Source: Escherichia phage TrudiRoth. From it: a stretch of 64,000 nt of DNA. Of the stretch, positions 44,088 to 53,829 are shown piece after piece. Under the pieces are notes generated by a model, which saw only the letters and a program-made list of their open reading frames with translations, had not been told where the DNA came from and did no database searches. Location: the sequence record MZ501109. One strand, written 5' to 3'. Within the stretch, counting starts at the first letter, position 1, and each line of letters opens with the position of its first letter. Position numbers and translations under genes: made by a program.

Positions 44088-44461
44088 TGACTAACGGAAA
44101 ATTCTTACTTGTACTAGGGCTGAATGCCCTAGTTTCCCTGGCTATCACGCTTGGTGTTACCGATTTCACGCTCAACCAGCGTGAGAAGATGGAGGACTTA
44201 CCTTTATCCTTCTCAGCGGTTGAATATACTAACCAAGAAGCAGATGTTATACGTTACCAAGCTAACCTAGACGAGGGTCTTTCGAAGTATTCTGGTGTGG
44301 AAGTTTTTGATGCGTATAAACTGAATGATATCGCTGAAGCTAAGCTTCAGATTGAAGAAGGTAAACTCTTCTGTAAAGCAAGTAACTCATCCCTAGTAAA
44401 AATTAAGTTTTATGAAACTATAAGCCCCTACATTAAATGTAGTAATGGAGTAACGGATTAA
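44087..44461 (+). CDS. hypothetical protein with N-terminal TM segment
   Basis: 124-aa ORF. Confidence 0.45.
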   Translation: MTNGKFLLVLGLNALVSLAITLGVTDFTLNQREKMEDLPLSFSAVEYTNQEADVIRYQANLDEGLSKYSGVEVFDAYKLNDIAEAKLQIEEGKLFCKASNSSLVKIKFYETISPYIKCSNGVTD

Positions 44462-44742
44462 TGATTACAGAAATTTTAATTGGATTGCTGGTTCTCACGA
44501 CTTTAGCAGCAATTGGCGGAATCATTGGCATTATTAATGCTAATAAAAATATGGATAGGATGCGCCTCACTAATGATGGGCTAGTTAAACGTCTCGTTGA
44601 ACAGGAAGAAGATATCGAATTAGCACAAAGACGCTCAGATCTTCTTAAAGAAAAGCTAACGAATATTGAAACTCTTGTTGGTAACACTAAACTTCCTATT
44701 AAAGTCCTGCGCGCTCAGGTAATCACGGAGATTAAGAAATGA
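44461..44742 (+). CDS. membrane-anchored coiled-coil protein
   Basis: 93-aa ORF. Confidence 0.45.
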   Translation: MITEILIGLLVLTTLAAIGGIIGIINANKNMDRMRLTNDGLVKRLVEQEEDIELAQRRSDLLKEKLTNIETLVGNTKLPIKVLRAQVITEIKK

Positions 44743-44984
44743 TGTTAATTATCTTAGCTTTTTATCTGGTTATTGTTGGTGTTCTGGTTACTAAGTATCA
44801 TACCTGGATCCCGAAGAACGTTGCTAAAGTAGCACTGTTTGTTCTGCCAGTTCCTATCATCATCGTTGCAATGCTGTTCACGATGTTGGCTGGTAAAGTG
44901 ACAAAAACCGACGTTAAACGCATTGTAGATGAACTACAGCAATCTTCTGACCTGATCGAGGATATTCTGAAAGATGAAGCTTAA
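44739..44984 (+). CDS. membrane protein
   Basis: 81 aa with two TM segments. Confidence 0.45.
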   Translation: MMLIILAFYLVIVGVLVTKYHTWIPKNVAKVALFVLPVPIIIVAMLFTMLAGKVTKTDVKRIVDELQQSSDLIEDILKDEA

Positions 44985-45306
44985 TTTTAGTGAATTAACC
45001 CTGCTGGACGAGTTTCTAGGTTTTGTTACTGAACGTGGGTTTATTAATGTAGATCCTCAGACACTAGAAGTTCTGCAATCTATCCAGAATAAAACTAGAA
45101 CAGATCTAGAAGACTTATGGCGACCGCTTTCTGAGCTAACTCCTCTTAACATGAAAGTGATTGTTAAAAATATTGAAACTGGTGAAGAACGCGAAATGGT
45201 TCGTAAAGAACTGGCTAATAGTTATTCTCCAGAGTCCTTAGTAATGCATCATGACGATGAACCAGAAACACTTTGGACAGCCCATTACGTTTGGCGTCTG
45301 CCTTGA
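44974..45306 (+). CDS. hypothetical protein
   Basis: 110-aa ORF. Confidence 0.45.
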   Translation: MKLNFSELTLLDEFLGFVTERGFINVDPQTLEVLQSIQNKTRTDLEDLWRPLSELTPLNMKVIVKNIETGEEREMVRKELANSYSPESLVMHHDDEPETLWTAHYVWRLP

Positions 45307-45406
45307 TTGATTTAACAACTGTTACGGCAATCCTAGTCTTCGGTTTAGTGGTTGCCGTTTTCATAATAGTTGAGCAGGCCAAAGTAATACGGAGACTTAA
45401 AAATAG

Positions 45407-45607
45407 ATGATTAATTTTTATAACCCTAAATTGCAGAAAGCAACGTGGGATTACTTTATAATTCTACCAGCTTTTATGTTAAGTTGTGCAATCATTAACA
45501 TTATGTATCAAGAAGCTGGTTGGACAGTCCAAGATTTCCACATTTCACAAGTTCTTCCTTTCATGTATGAAGGCGTTATCGCAGCAATAAATGGAGTTTG
45601 TAAATGA
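45407..45607 (+). CDS. small membrane protein
   Basis: 66-aa ORF. Confidence 0.35.
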   Translation: MINFYNPKLQKATWDYFIILPAFMLSCAIINIMYQEAGWTVQDFHISQVLPFMYEGVIAAINGVCK

Positions 45608-46071
45608 CAGCACTGCAAAGATTACAGAATTACTGGTTTGATGGCCAATTTAATGATTTATTCATCCAGTTGTTTGTCGAAACGAACGGACGTTTTAATT
45701 ACCGCTTCTTTAATACTTTCCATGAAACGAAGTTCTCGCATACAGAGATTAACGCAGCGATTCAAGATCTCACTGGTTCTAAGGTAATTCCTTATCGTGA
45801 TGTAGATTTTGCACCTGACTGTTTTGGTTTTGAACTGTTTAAGAAAGCATATAAGTTCGGTAAGTTCGAAGATGCACGACATTGGGTTCATGACTTCTGG
45901 TATAATACCGATATCGTCCCTAGCCGTGTACTGATCCTCAACTGGATTGCTAAACAACATCCGCCGAAGGCACAATCGGCATTCCTTCCAACTGATACAG
46001 GAAATCTTTACCATGACACAAAAGAAAAATCCAGTGCTAGAGCAGATGAAGCAGTTGGAGAAGCAGATTGA
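45604..46071 (+). CDS. hypothetical protein
   Basis: 155-aa ORF. Confidence 0.45.
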   Translation: MTALQRLQNYWFDGQFNDLFIQLFVETNGRFNYRFFNTFHETKFSHTEINAAIQDLTGSKVIPYRDVDFAPDCFGFELFKKAYKFGKFEDARHWVHDFWYNTDIVPSRVLILNWIAKQHPPKAQSAFLPTDTGNLYHDTKEKSSARADEAVGEAD

Positions 46072-46396
46072 GGAAGGAAGCGTTGATGGACAGTCAATTG
46101 TCAATCATGCTTTTGATCTTACAGTAGGATGTGCTAATCCGCTGGTGGCAGGTGAAACAGCAGATATTCTTGGGCTTTTAATGGCAGTTGGCCAGTTAAT
46201 CGAGATTACCCAAGAAGAGCTAGACAATGATGAAGAAGTAATTGTTCATGATGTTCTTGGTGCTCTAGATCTGATTGTTAATGCTTATGCCTATAAACGC
46301 CGCCACTCAATTGATGAATATCGAGTTTCTCGTGAGATTACCGAATCTATTCTGGAAACTGCTGATATGGCCTTAAACGGCAAGCAACTTCACTAA
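46013..46396 (+). CDS. hypothetical protein
   Basis: First ATG of track ORF 45947..46396; terminator follows. Confidence 0.4.
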   Translation: MTQKKNPVLEQMKQLEKQIEEGSVDGQSIVNHAFDLTVGCANPLVAGETADILGLLMAVGQLIEITQEELDNDEEVIVHDVLGALDLIVNAYAYKRRHSIDEYRVSREITESILETADMALNGKQLH

Positions 46397-46402
46397 TCCT
46401 AG

Positions 46403-46431
46403 AGGCCAGGACTTAATTGTTCTGGCCTTTC
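46403..46431 (+). terminator. terminator-like hairpin
   Basis: AGGCCAG/CUGGCCU stem followed by UUUCG. Confidence 0.55.
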
Positions 46432-46450
46432 GTGTATCAAGGAATATAAT

Positions 46451-46648
46451 ATGAAATCACTAGATAATTACTTAAAAGCTAAATACAGTCCTATAGAAGA
46501 TCAATCCGCTGTAACTTGTGAAATAAGTCAAAATAATACATTACGATTAGCTCAAAAAGGTGGAGGAGCATCCGCCAGCATTATTTGGCTATCCGAAGAA
46601 CAAGCAAAAGACTTGTACCATAAGCTAGACAAGTTATTTAATAAGTAA
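46451..46648 (+). CDS. hypothetical protein
   Basis: 65-aa ORF. Confidence 0.4.
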   Translation: MKSLDNYLKAKYSPIEDQSAVTCEISQNNTLRLAQKGGGASASIIWLSEEQAKDLYHKLDKLFNK

Positions 46649-46649
46649 T

Positions 46650-47168
46650 ATGAGAGATAAAATAAACGAATTACTTTATGAGGAAGCATTACAATTCCCC
46701 ATAAATAGATTCACTAAATCAGATGGATCTATTAATAGAACTAAGCTCAAACAACTTCATCCAGATTTCCAGCAAGATGCACTTAATCTAATCTTTATTA
46801 GAAGAGCTGTAGAAGCACATGGTAAGTTCTTTGGGTATGAAAGAGTTAAGTATAGAACTATGCAACAGCAAGTTGAGATCTATTGTCCAGATCATGATGG
46901 TTACTTCTTGCAAACTGCACGGTCTCACTTAGAAGGACATGGTTGCCGATTATGTGCACATAAAGTTGTGACACGCTTAACAGAATATGGAGTGTACACC
47001 GTACCAGCACCTTTCCACAAATTTATAGTTGACGGTGAGCACATAATTTGGTATAATAAAGATCAAAAGTTAAAACAGGAGTTAAAGAAAGATGGAGTAC
47101 GTAGTCTGGTCAAACCCCTTAGCTCTACTCTCCCACAAACTGTTCAAGACGACGTGGGGAAAGAATGA
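46650..47168 (+). CDS. zinc-finger protein, paralog of 49190 (possibly truncated)
   Basis: Shares LHPDFQQ.ALNLIFI, YGYERV and ARSHLEGHGC..CA with ORF 49190. Confidence 0.45.
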   Translation: MRDKINELLYEEALQFPINRFTKSDGSINRTKLKQLHPDFQQDALNLIFIRRAVEAHGKFFGYERVKYRTMQQQVEIYCPDHDGYFLQTARSHLEGHGCRLCAHKVVTRLTEYGVYTVPAPFHKFIVDGEHIIWYNKDQKLKQELKKDGVRSLVKPLSSTLPQTVQDDVGKE

Positions 47169-47376
47169 GATAATTGTTAACGAGAGTCCTCTTAATCATC
47201 AACATCCTTTAGTCCCAGCTCTCTACAAGATTATTATAAATGGTACAGAATACCTAGTAGATGATTTCGGTAAAGAGTTTGTACAAGAAGCCATAGACAA
47301 CAATAACATTTCTATGGGCGAATTAATTAATAGAGCATCTAATTTTGATAAGAGTTGGATGCTAATCTGGGGTTGA
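47092..47376 (+). CDS. hypothetical protein
   Basis: Overlaps the 3' end of 46650 in another frame; may be the frameshifted remainder of a 49190-like gene. Confidence 0.3.
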   Translation: MEYVVWSNPLALLSHKLFKTTWGKNEIIVNESPLNHQHPLVPALYKIIINGTEYLVDDFGKEFVQEAIDNNNISMGELINRASNFDKSWMLIWG

Positions 47377-47561
47377 TATGGAAACATTACTTCTTGTACT
47401 ACTAGGCGGTTCACTCTTAACCATTCTAGGCTTGATAATTATATGTAGTCGCCTCAATGTTAAGAATCTAGAATTAGATAGTGAGAATCAGATTCTTAAC
47501 CGAGAAATTAAACAACATAATACACAGCTCGTAAGCTGTTAGATAAACTGGAGAATAGATA

Positions 47562-48167
47562 ATGTTTACACAACAAACCATTAAAGTAGTTGCAGATCAT
47601 GAACTCGACACATGGGATTACAGCTTTAAAGATCTGACTGCTACAGTACAGTTTAAATCTATGCAACTGTCGTTTTTGCACATTGATCTTCAGGCTTGCA
47701 AAGAGTTTCAGGCTAAGCTCATGAATGCTCGTAAGATCTTTGGCACAGCTCGCATCCCGGCTGATAATCTGATTAATGCACTGATCGATGCAGGATACAA
47801 ACTCGTGAAGACTGAAGTGAACCGCCCGAGTACTACAACTATTCCTCGTAATGACCCTTGGCATATTACTGCACTAACTAATTCTGATAAAAGATTAATG
47901 TCGGATATGCACAATGTTCCGTGTGGTGGCGTGGTAAGCAATACGCAATCATATAAATTTGGGGAAACATCTAGCGTAGACGAGTGGAATAAAGCTGGCG
48001 TTGCAATGATGGGCTTTGCAAAAGATCGCGGAGCACAAGAAGACTCCGGAGTTTCTAGGAACTCATATACTATCCGTTTGAGCAATCCTAGAAAAGAGGG
48101 AGAGCTTGAAGAAATGTTAACGAAAGTATTCGAAGCTATTGATGCAGATAAAGCTAGAGGTCGTTAA
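47562..48167 (+). CDS. hypothetical protein
   Basis: 201 aa with RBS. Confidence 0.5.
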   Translation: MFTQQTIKVVADHELDTWDYSFKDLTATVQFKSMQLSFLHIDLQACKEFQAKLMNARKIFGTARIPADNLINALIDAGYKLVKTEVNRPSTTTIPRNDPWHITALTNSDKRLMSDMHNVPCGGVVSNTQSYKFGETSSVDEWNKAGVAMMGFAKDRGAQEDSGVSRNSYTIRLSNPRKEGELEEMLTKVFEAIDADKARGR

Positions 48168-48475
48168 TGGATATAATTACTCAGTTTACTGTAGGCCGCT
48201 GTAAGGTGGCCACACTCAATAAACATACAGTCGGAGTTAGTACATTATCTGAAAACGAATATGAACAAAAAGAAGATATGCAGTATATTCTCTTCATTGG
48301 TTCAGATGATATGAAGTTACTTAAAGACCTAGTATTTAAGTTACCTCCAAATATAAAAATAACACCTAGAAATATATCTCACTTATCTAAGCAGCTAGGG
48401 TTTACGTGGATTAAGTTAGATCCTTCAGTGAAATCAGTAACAAAAACTAAACCAAAACCGGATGATTATATATGA
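48167..48475 (+). CDS. hypothetical protein
   Basis: 102-aa ORF. Confidence 0.45.
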   Translation: MDIITQFTVGRCKVATLNKHTVGVSTLSENEYEQKEDMQYILFIGSDDMKLLKDLVFKLPPNIKITPRNISHLSKQLGFTWIKLDPSVKSVTKTKPKPDDYI

Positions 48476-49197
48476 GTATAAAAAAGAATTTAGCAGAGAT
48501 TATTAAGTTAGCTAGAGCTTGTAATGGAAAGAATGTTTCCGAACTTAATGAGTTAGAAGCTCATGCAGTAGCATTTTGTGCAGAGTTTTATCCAGCATAT
48601 ATTAATGCTAGTGGGCAACCTAAATATAATAAAGATGCAGAAGAAGTCACATTAGCCCCTTCATACATTAGCTTACGTCGTCTAATTCAAACTATTGATC
48701 CGACTATTAAAGGATTCTCAGCGGATTCATTCCATGTGTTTGCAGATGTAGAACTTCCACATTTTAAGGAAGCAAATGCAAAGTCAGCATTAGAATGTTA
48801 TCCAAATATTTTAATGGTTCCACAAAAGCAATGTAAATACGATCATCTTCCTAGACTTATTAAAAAGGTAGAACCTCCTTATTCTTCCTTATCTGAATTA
48901 AAGCTAGGGATTGTATCTACTCTTACGCAAGTTCATCTAAGTTTAGTTGATGACAATGTTACTTCTAATCCTATTCTAGATGCCGCACATTATGAAATTC
49001 TACGTGACCCTGAGCAAGCTAGAAAAGTTGCAAAGTCAGTTAAGTTTGATATCTCAACAATTCTTGACATTGAACAAGAAACGAGACCTAGAGGAAGTGT
49101 GGATTATTCTGCGCTTAATTCTGAAGCATCTTATTTAGCGACATTCCTTTTTATGGCATCGAAAGGAGTTATTCTAAAGGTTAACAAAGATGGATGA
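48472..49197 (+). CDS. hypothetical protein
   Basis: 241-aa ORF. Confidence 0.5.
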   Translation: MSIKKNLAEIIKLARACNGKNVSELNELEAHAVAFCAEFYPAYINASGQPKYNKDAEEVTLAPSYISLRRLIQTIDPTIKGFSADSFHVFADVELPHFKEANAKSALECYPNILMVPQKQCKYDHLPRLIKKVEPPYSSLSELKLGIVSTLTQVHLSLVDDNVTSNPILDAAHYEILRDPEQARKVAKSVKFDISTILDIEQETRPRGSVDYSALNSEASYLATFLFMASKGVILKVNKDG

Positions 49198-49918
49198 TTT
49201 ACGTAGTGAAATTAATAAAAACCTAAGAGAGGAAGCCAGGAGGTTTCCTCTCAAAAACTTTTTAAAGTCAAACGGTTCTACTAATATTACAAAGATTAGG
49301 CAGCTTCATCCAGACTTCCAACAAGAGGCATTAAATCTTATCTTTATTAAGAAAGCATTGAAAGTCCAAAAGGAAGAGTATGGGTATGAAAGAGTTAACT
49401 ATAAAACAGCTACTCAATTAGTAGAGATTTGGTGTTACAAACATCAAGGCTATTTTATGCAAACAGCTAGATCCCATCTAGAAGGGCACGGTTGTTTACA
49501 ATGTGCTAGAGAAAGCAATCTCAATACACCTATCGAGAAACCGGAAATAGATGAGGATGTTCAGTTTCCCACCTATCTCTATATCTTCTCTAATAAGGAT
49601 CAGTCTAGGAAGAAATTAAAGACGAAGATTGGAGTTTCTAGAGAGCCACATCAAAGGTTTAAGAATCTAGAATATGATAAACTGCGTGTGCCGGGTTTCG
49701 AAGATATGGAAGTATTTGGTATATATCAGTATAAGAAAGGATCTAAAGAACTTGCTTATAAAATGGAACATCAAGCACATAAATTTTTCGAGAGCAGATT
49801 TGCTAATCATTATAAATTCGATGGAGCAAAAGAGATATTCAACGTTAAGGCTGTGGAGGCAGAAGAATATTTATTAAGTCAAGGATGCATAAAAATTTAC
49901 CCAACTCCAAACTCATGA
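49190..49918 (+). CDS. zinc-finger plus GIY-YIG/T5orf172-like protein
   Basis: N-terminal Cys/His cluster (HQGYF...HLEGHGCLQCA) and C-terminal TYLYIFSN...KIGVSREPHQR. Confidence 0.5.
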   Translation: MDDLRSEINKNLREEARRFPLKNFLKSNGSTNITKIRQLHPDFQQEALNLIFIKKALKVQKEEYGYERVNYKTATQLVEIWCYKHQGYFMQTARSHLEGHGCLQCARESNLNTPIEKPEIDEDVQFPTYLYIFSNKDQSRKKLKTKIGVSREPHQRFKNLEYDKLRVPGFEDMEVFGIYQYKKGSKELAYKMEHQAHKFFESRFANHYKFDGAKEIFNVKAVEAEEYLLSQGCIKIYPTPNS

Positions 49919-49945
49919 TAAAAATTTAAAAGTAACGAAATCTGC

Positions 49946-49975
49946 TTGACATTCGTGAGAATAATGTGTTATAAT
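49946..49975 (+). promoter_or_regulatory. near-consensus sigma70 promoter with no downstream ORF
   Basis: -35 TTGACA, 18-bp spacer, -10 TATAAT; opens into the repeat region. Confidence 0.55.
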
Positions 49976-50378
49976 AATCTCATAGATTAAAAACATCAAC
50001 TTGTTTTTACCTCTAGGCCGTAGATTTACATCATTCCTCGTAGGAAAACACTTGATGACGGTTCTGCTTGCAGGTTCTCGTCAATTGTTCTTCCTCCCCG
50101 AGACTCAGGAGGATGTATCAAATCGCGCGCGCCTAGAGGGGCTAACTCTCATGAAATGGGGGTATATTAACTTTTAAATAACTAAAAATATTTAAAGGCA
50201 ATATTTATGTTCAAGATGATACACCTGTTGCCGCTCATCTGCTAGGATGGCACAACACTTTCTTCTAGGCTCCTAAGTTTCTAGGAATAGTTAAGCACTA
50301 ACTCTAGAGTTTACACTAAACTTTAAATCTGTTTCTCACACATTCTAGGGCAGTTTCTCTCCAACGTTACATATCCTA

Positions 50379-50418
50379 GGGCGGTTTCCTATACAGGGCG
50401 GTTATAGGGAGGGCGGTT
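50379..50418. repeat. three close copies of GGGCGGTT
   Basis: Copies at 50379, 50396 and 50411, each preceded by TAGG/CAGG. Confidence 0.7.
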
Positions 50419-50462
50419 ATTTCTAGGAGACATTTTTTGAAAACACATTTCTGGAAATTACT

Positions 50463-51062
50463 GTCGGATTTGCACATTACATTTCTAGAAATTTATGGTC
50501 GGATTTGCACATTGATAGGAGTCTCCAAAGTTTTTAGGAACACTGAAAATAGCAGCATTATTTCGGGCCGAAGGCCCATATTTGCCTGAGTTTTTAGAGC
50601 CACAGGAATTTTCACTTGTCAAGCGATTTTGCCCCATTTTGCTAATAAAATTTCGCTTTATCTCCCCTAATCTCAATTCTAGCCAAAACATCCCGCATTA
50701 TCCTCAAAAATGCAGCAAACCGGTGCTAAAGCACCATCACCGCTGCTCCTTCCGTAGTTCCTCCCAAAATCTCATCGGATTCGCACTTCTCCCCAAACTC
50801 ACACAATCACACACCCTCTCATCGAAGTCACAAAAATCTTGTCGGATTTGCACACCTTAACACTTGTCGGATTTGCACATACTCTAGTAAACCCAGCTGG
50901 ATTGCATCGCAGTTGCGGATTGCTGGAGTTTTTAGGAAAATTCATTGTCGGATTTGCACACTATAAAAATTTTTCGGGTAGGATTTGCACATTACCAAAA
51001 ATTGTCGGATTCGCACATACACGCCAGCACGTAACCCATGGAGCAAATGTCGGATTTGCACA
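50463..51062. repeat. about nine dispersed direct copies of a GTCGGATTTGCACA-like 14-mer
   Basis: Exact copies at 50463, 50498, 50841, 50866, 50947 and 51049; variants at 50774 (ATCGGATTCGCAC), 50978 (GTAGGATTTGCACA) and 51004 (GTCGGATTCGCACA). Confidence 0.85.
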
Positions 51063-51090
51063 AAAGCGCAGGGCAATTTGCCCTGCCTGC

Positions 51091-51250
51091 CGAAATGCGA
51101 ATGATAATGAGAATGATTCGCATTTGAGAAGTTGAATGCGAATGAGAACAGTTATCATTTGACTACCGGAATACGAATGAGAATGATTTGCATTTAGGAA
51201 GGGAAACGCTAATAATAATGAGAATGACTCGCATTTACAAAGCGAAGTGA
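51091..51250. repeat. four degenerate tandem units of about 36-42 bp
   Basis: AATGAGAATGA cores at 51106, about 51141 (variant), 51175 and 51217, each followed by (T)CGCATTT. Confidence 0.75.
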
Positions 51251-51268
51251 GAAACACTGTTATTTAAG

Positions 51269-51351
51269 TTATCCACAGGTTTATTAACAGCACGATCTGA
51301 CTTGACAAAATCCTAGTGATTTTGAGGCGTTATCCACAGACTTATCAACAG
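51269..51351 (+). promoter_or_regulatory. two iteron-like 22-bp repeats each containing a consensus DnaA box
   Basis: TTATCCACAGGTTTATTAACAG at 51269 and TTATCCACAGACTTATCAACAG at 51330. Confidence 0.6.
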
Positions 51352-51360
51352 GTTATTCTA

Positions 51361-51378
51361 CTGTATATTTATACAGTA
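51361..51378. repeat. 18-bp near-palindrome CTGTATATTTATACAGTA, copy 1
   Basis: Identical 18-mer recurs at 55075-55092 on the other side of the - strand block. Confidence 0.8.
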
Positions 51379-51494
51379 TTCCTGCGTAGTGAATAACTCT
51401 AATATAGCTCTAAAACGCTCTCAAACGCGTTCTAACGCGTTTATTTTTGGGGGAGGTATTTTAATAAGGGGAAATTTGAGGAAGGCCAGAAAAG

Positions 51495-51518
51495 ACGGGG
51501 CCGATAGTTGCGCCCCGT
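51495..51518 (-). terminator. terminator closing the - strand block
   Basis: Stem ACGGGGC/GCCCCGU; on the - strand it is followed by CUUUUCU, directly downstream of ORF 51524..51718. Confidence 0.6.
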
Positions 51519-51523
51519 TATTA

Positions 51524-51718
51524 TTAGTCTGGTAGTCGATGTGTGATCTTTTCGCTTTCGCCGTAGGAGTCTACCAAATGTTGATAGTAACCATCGTTAT
51601 CATAAATCACTTTATCATAATCGCCACGCTCCACCGCTTGCCGATTTTCCAGCGTATCAGGCACAAAGAAAGTATCAACGGTAACAGTAGTTTTAGTTAC
51701 AACAATTTTATCACTCAT
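51524..51718 (-). CDS. hypothetical protein
   Basis: 64-aa ORF, last gene of the - strand block; terminator hairpin 51495-51518 follows. Confidence 0.4.
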   Translation of the reverse strand: MSDKIVVTKTTVTVDTFFVPDTLENRQAVERGDYDKVIYDNDGYYQHLVDSYGESEKITHRLPD

Positions 51719-51848
51719 AACGCCATTGCTCCTAGAATGAGAATGATTATCAATATCATTGTGAAGCCATTACCAAATCGTAAACGCTGGGAATGTTTCC
51801 CAGCGGTATTATTAGATTTATGGCTTTGTGTTTTTCGCCACCAGCTAT

Positions 51849-52061
51849 TCACGGTTTTAAATTCTCTATAGTTAATTTTGCGCGAATAGTGATTCCATAT
51901 AATTCGCCTCCCTTGTTTCTTACATCAGGTAGCCAGTCCCACAATTCATGGTATCCGCTTAAAATTCCTAGCGATGCAAGATTAGCAATAAAACCGGCTA
52001 TAGTAACCGCTTCCAGTGAAATAGTTACACGATTATTAATAACTAAAGTAAACTTTTTCAT
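51849..52061 (-). CDS. hypothetical protein
   Basis: 70-aa ORF. Confidence 0.4.
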   Translation of the reverse strand: MKKFTLVINNRVTISLEAVTIAGFIANLASLGILSGYHELWDWLPDVRNKGGELYGITIRAKLTIENLKP

Positions 52062-52402
52062 TGCGCCACCTTTCGAAACGCTGTTTCGATACTTTCAGCG
52101 GTTGATTGAATATACGCGCCTTTCATAATTAGACGCTCCGTACATACTTTGCGGAAAATGAAAATGAATTCATTTTCATTTTCCGCTATTAACGCTTCCC
52201 CCATAACCTGAACGTCACAAGACCCAAAAGTTAAAAATTGAAACGCTAGTTCACGGGCGACAACGGCAGAAATTTTATAATGTGCTTTGCCCTCATAGAT
52301 ATTAACCACGCCTTTATAAACAGGGGAAAGCTGATTTAAATAGTTTGCTAATAATGCCGGACGGCAATTAGTTACAAAGCGATTGCCCTCATAAATAACC
52401 AT
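52058..52402 (-). CDS. hypothetical protein
   Basis: 114-aa ORF. Confidence 0.45.
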   Translation of the reverse strand: MVIYEGNRFVTNCRPALLANYLNQLSPVYKGVVNIYEGKAHYKISAVVARELAFQFLTFGSCDVQVMGEALIAENENEFIFIFRKVCTERLIMKGAYIQSTAESIETAFRKVAQ

Positions 52403-52508
52403 TAAATGATCCTCGCATCACGGATAACCATAATCACTAGCGTGATCAACATTGCAGCACTAGACACGCCACAAACAAAAGTTAGCATTTTAACAATTGC
52501 CCCTTCCA

Positions 52509-52721
52509 TTATAACACCCCACGAAAAGCAGCGTAAAAAGTAGCAAAGTGTTTAACCGTTTCGGCTATCAAATTGCCGCGCTTGTCAAATTTCTTTTCTG
52601 TAACACGGAAAGCGTTTTTGTTGCGTGCTACATATTCTATTTTACAATCTGGACGCTCGAAGGTGTTAACATCCACCAGCTTAAAACCTTTAGAACGGGC
52701 AAGGGAAACATTTTTTAACAT
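52509..52721 (-). CDS. hypothetical protein
   Basis: 70-aa ORF. Confidence 0.4.
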   Translation of the reverse strand: MLKNVSLARSKGFKLVDVNTFERPDCKIEYVARNKNAFRVTEKKFDKRGNLIAETVKHFATFYAAFRGVL

Positions 52722-52919
52722 TTTTATTCCCCTTTACCAGTCATACAGCCCAACAAGTAAGAAAACCCCGCGATACCTGCTCCAATAATAACCACGTGAA
52801 CGCCGAAAGCTATTACAAACAGCGATAAAATAGCGCCCAAGATACTAGCCAGAATAGATCGAAAAATAACCATTTTATTAGCTCCTAGAAATTAGGGGAT
52901 AATATATCCCCTTTAATAA

Positions 52920-53147
52920 TTACATTAAAACAATTTTTACCGCTTGCTTTTTGGTGCAGTGGTTAGTTTTCAATTCATCCAACAAAAAGCCCGCCGTTTG
53001 CTGGTCAATCTTGTCATTGTCATAAAGTTCCTGAATGGTAACATAAGTTTTACCTATGCCGAACTCAGAAACCATAACGCTGACAATAGCGGGAACGGAT
53101 ACCCATTCCATACCGTTAAAAATTGCAGAAGATGATGAATGTACCAT
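52920..53147 (-). CDS. hypothetical protein
   Basis: 75-aa ORF. Confidence 0.4.
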   Translation of the reverse strand: MVHSSSSAIFNGMEWVSVPAIVSVMVSEFGIGKTYVTIQELYDNDKIDQQTAGFLLDELKTNHCTKKQAVKIVLM

Positions 53148-53254
53148 TTTAACGCCTCCTAGAAATCAGGGAAAATTTTCAATCCACCGTTTCGGTGTAA
53201 AGGCATTATAACAAAAAAGGCCACCATAATAGGCGACCTTTACAAAACTTTACA

Positions 53255-53776
53255 TTAGACTATTTCTAATGCTTCCACACCGAAACAGCGTTTTAGTTCT
53301 TTCTGTAAAACTGCATATTCATCCCAACGGGAATTATCAGGAATATAAACAAGCTGTTTTAATCGATTTGCATATAATAACGCCTTGTTACCAATTATTT
53401 CCGCGCCACCGTGTTTAATAATTAGTTTCATAACGGTATTAATAGGATCGCCGCCATTTACATAAGTACCGGACTTACTCAATTGATAATGATAAATACT
53501 CGCATATACATTATCATTTTCAATCCATTCCCCTGTTTCTTCATCTTCTTCCCCATCGCTACCGAAACGAGAAGCATTATCATATGCGTGTTCGTTTGCG
53601 AAAGCGTCCAGATCACAGCCAGCGGGAACAAAATGTTCCTCCGTCCAGCCCTCCCCGCAATAGCCAGTATGACAATCAACTAAAACGATCATATCGTGCT
53701 TAGCTTCATTCACACTTTCTAGTGAAAATCCATACTTGCAAACACTATCACGCTCAATAATTAATTTACTAAACAT
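53255..53776 (-). CDS. hypothetical protein
   Basis: 173 aa with central acidic stretch GSDGEEDEETGEW. Confidence 0.5.
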   Translation of the reverse strand: MFSKLIIERDSVCKYGFSLESVNEAKHDMIVLVDCHTGYCGEGWTEEHFVPAGCDLDAFANEHAYDNASRFGSDGEEDEETGEWIENDNVYASIYHYQLSKSGTYVNGGDPINTVMKLIIKHGGAEIIGNKALLYANRLKQLVYIPDNSRWDEYAVLQKELKRCFGVEALEIV

Positions 53777-53804
53777 AATTAGTCTCCTAACTAAAAGGGA
53801 AAGC

Positions 53805-53818
53805 GGGGATTATTCCCC
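53805..53818 (-). terminator. GGGGA-UUAU-UCCCC hairpin, member of a recurring motif
   Basis: Same motif as 57277-57294, in the sense orientation of the local genes, between - strand ORFs. Confidence 0.4.
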
Positions 53819-53829
53819 ACTAGTAATTA

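Noticed and set aside
50379-51250. Possible CRISPR array
   Set aside because: Repeat units differ in length (8, 14, about 40 bp), spacing is irregular, units are degenerate and there are no cas genes; not CRISPR-like.
50582-51257. Three overlapping ORFs (92, 98 and 98 aa) in the repeat region
   Set aside because: They run through iterated 14-mers and tandem units on both strands, have no RBS, and their translations are repeat-driven low complexity.
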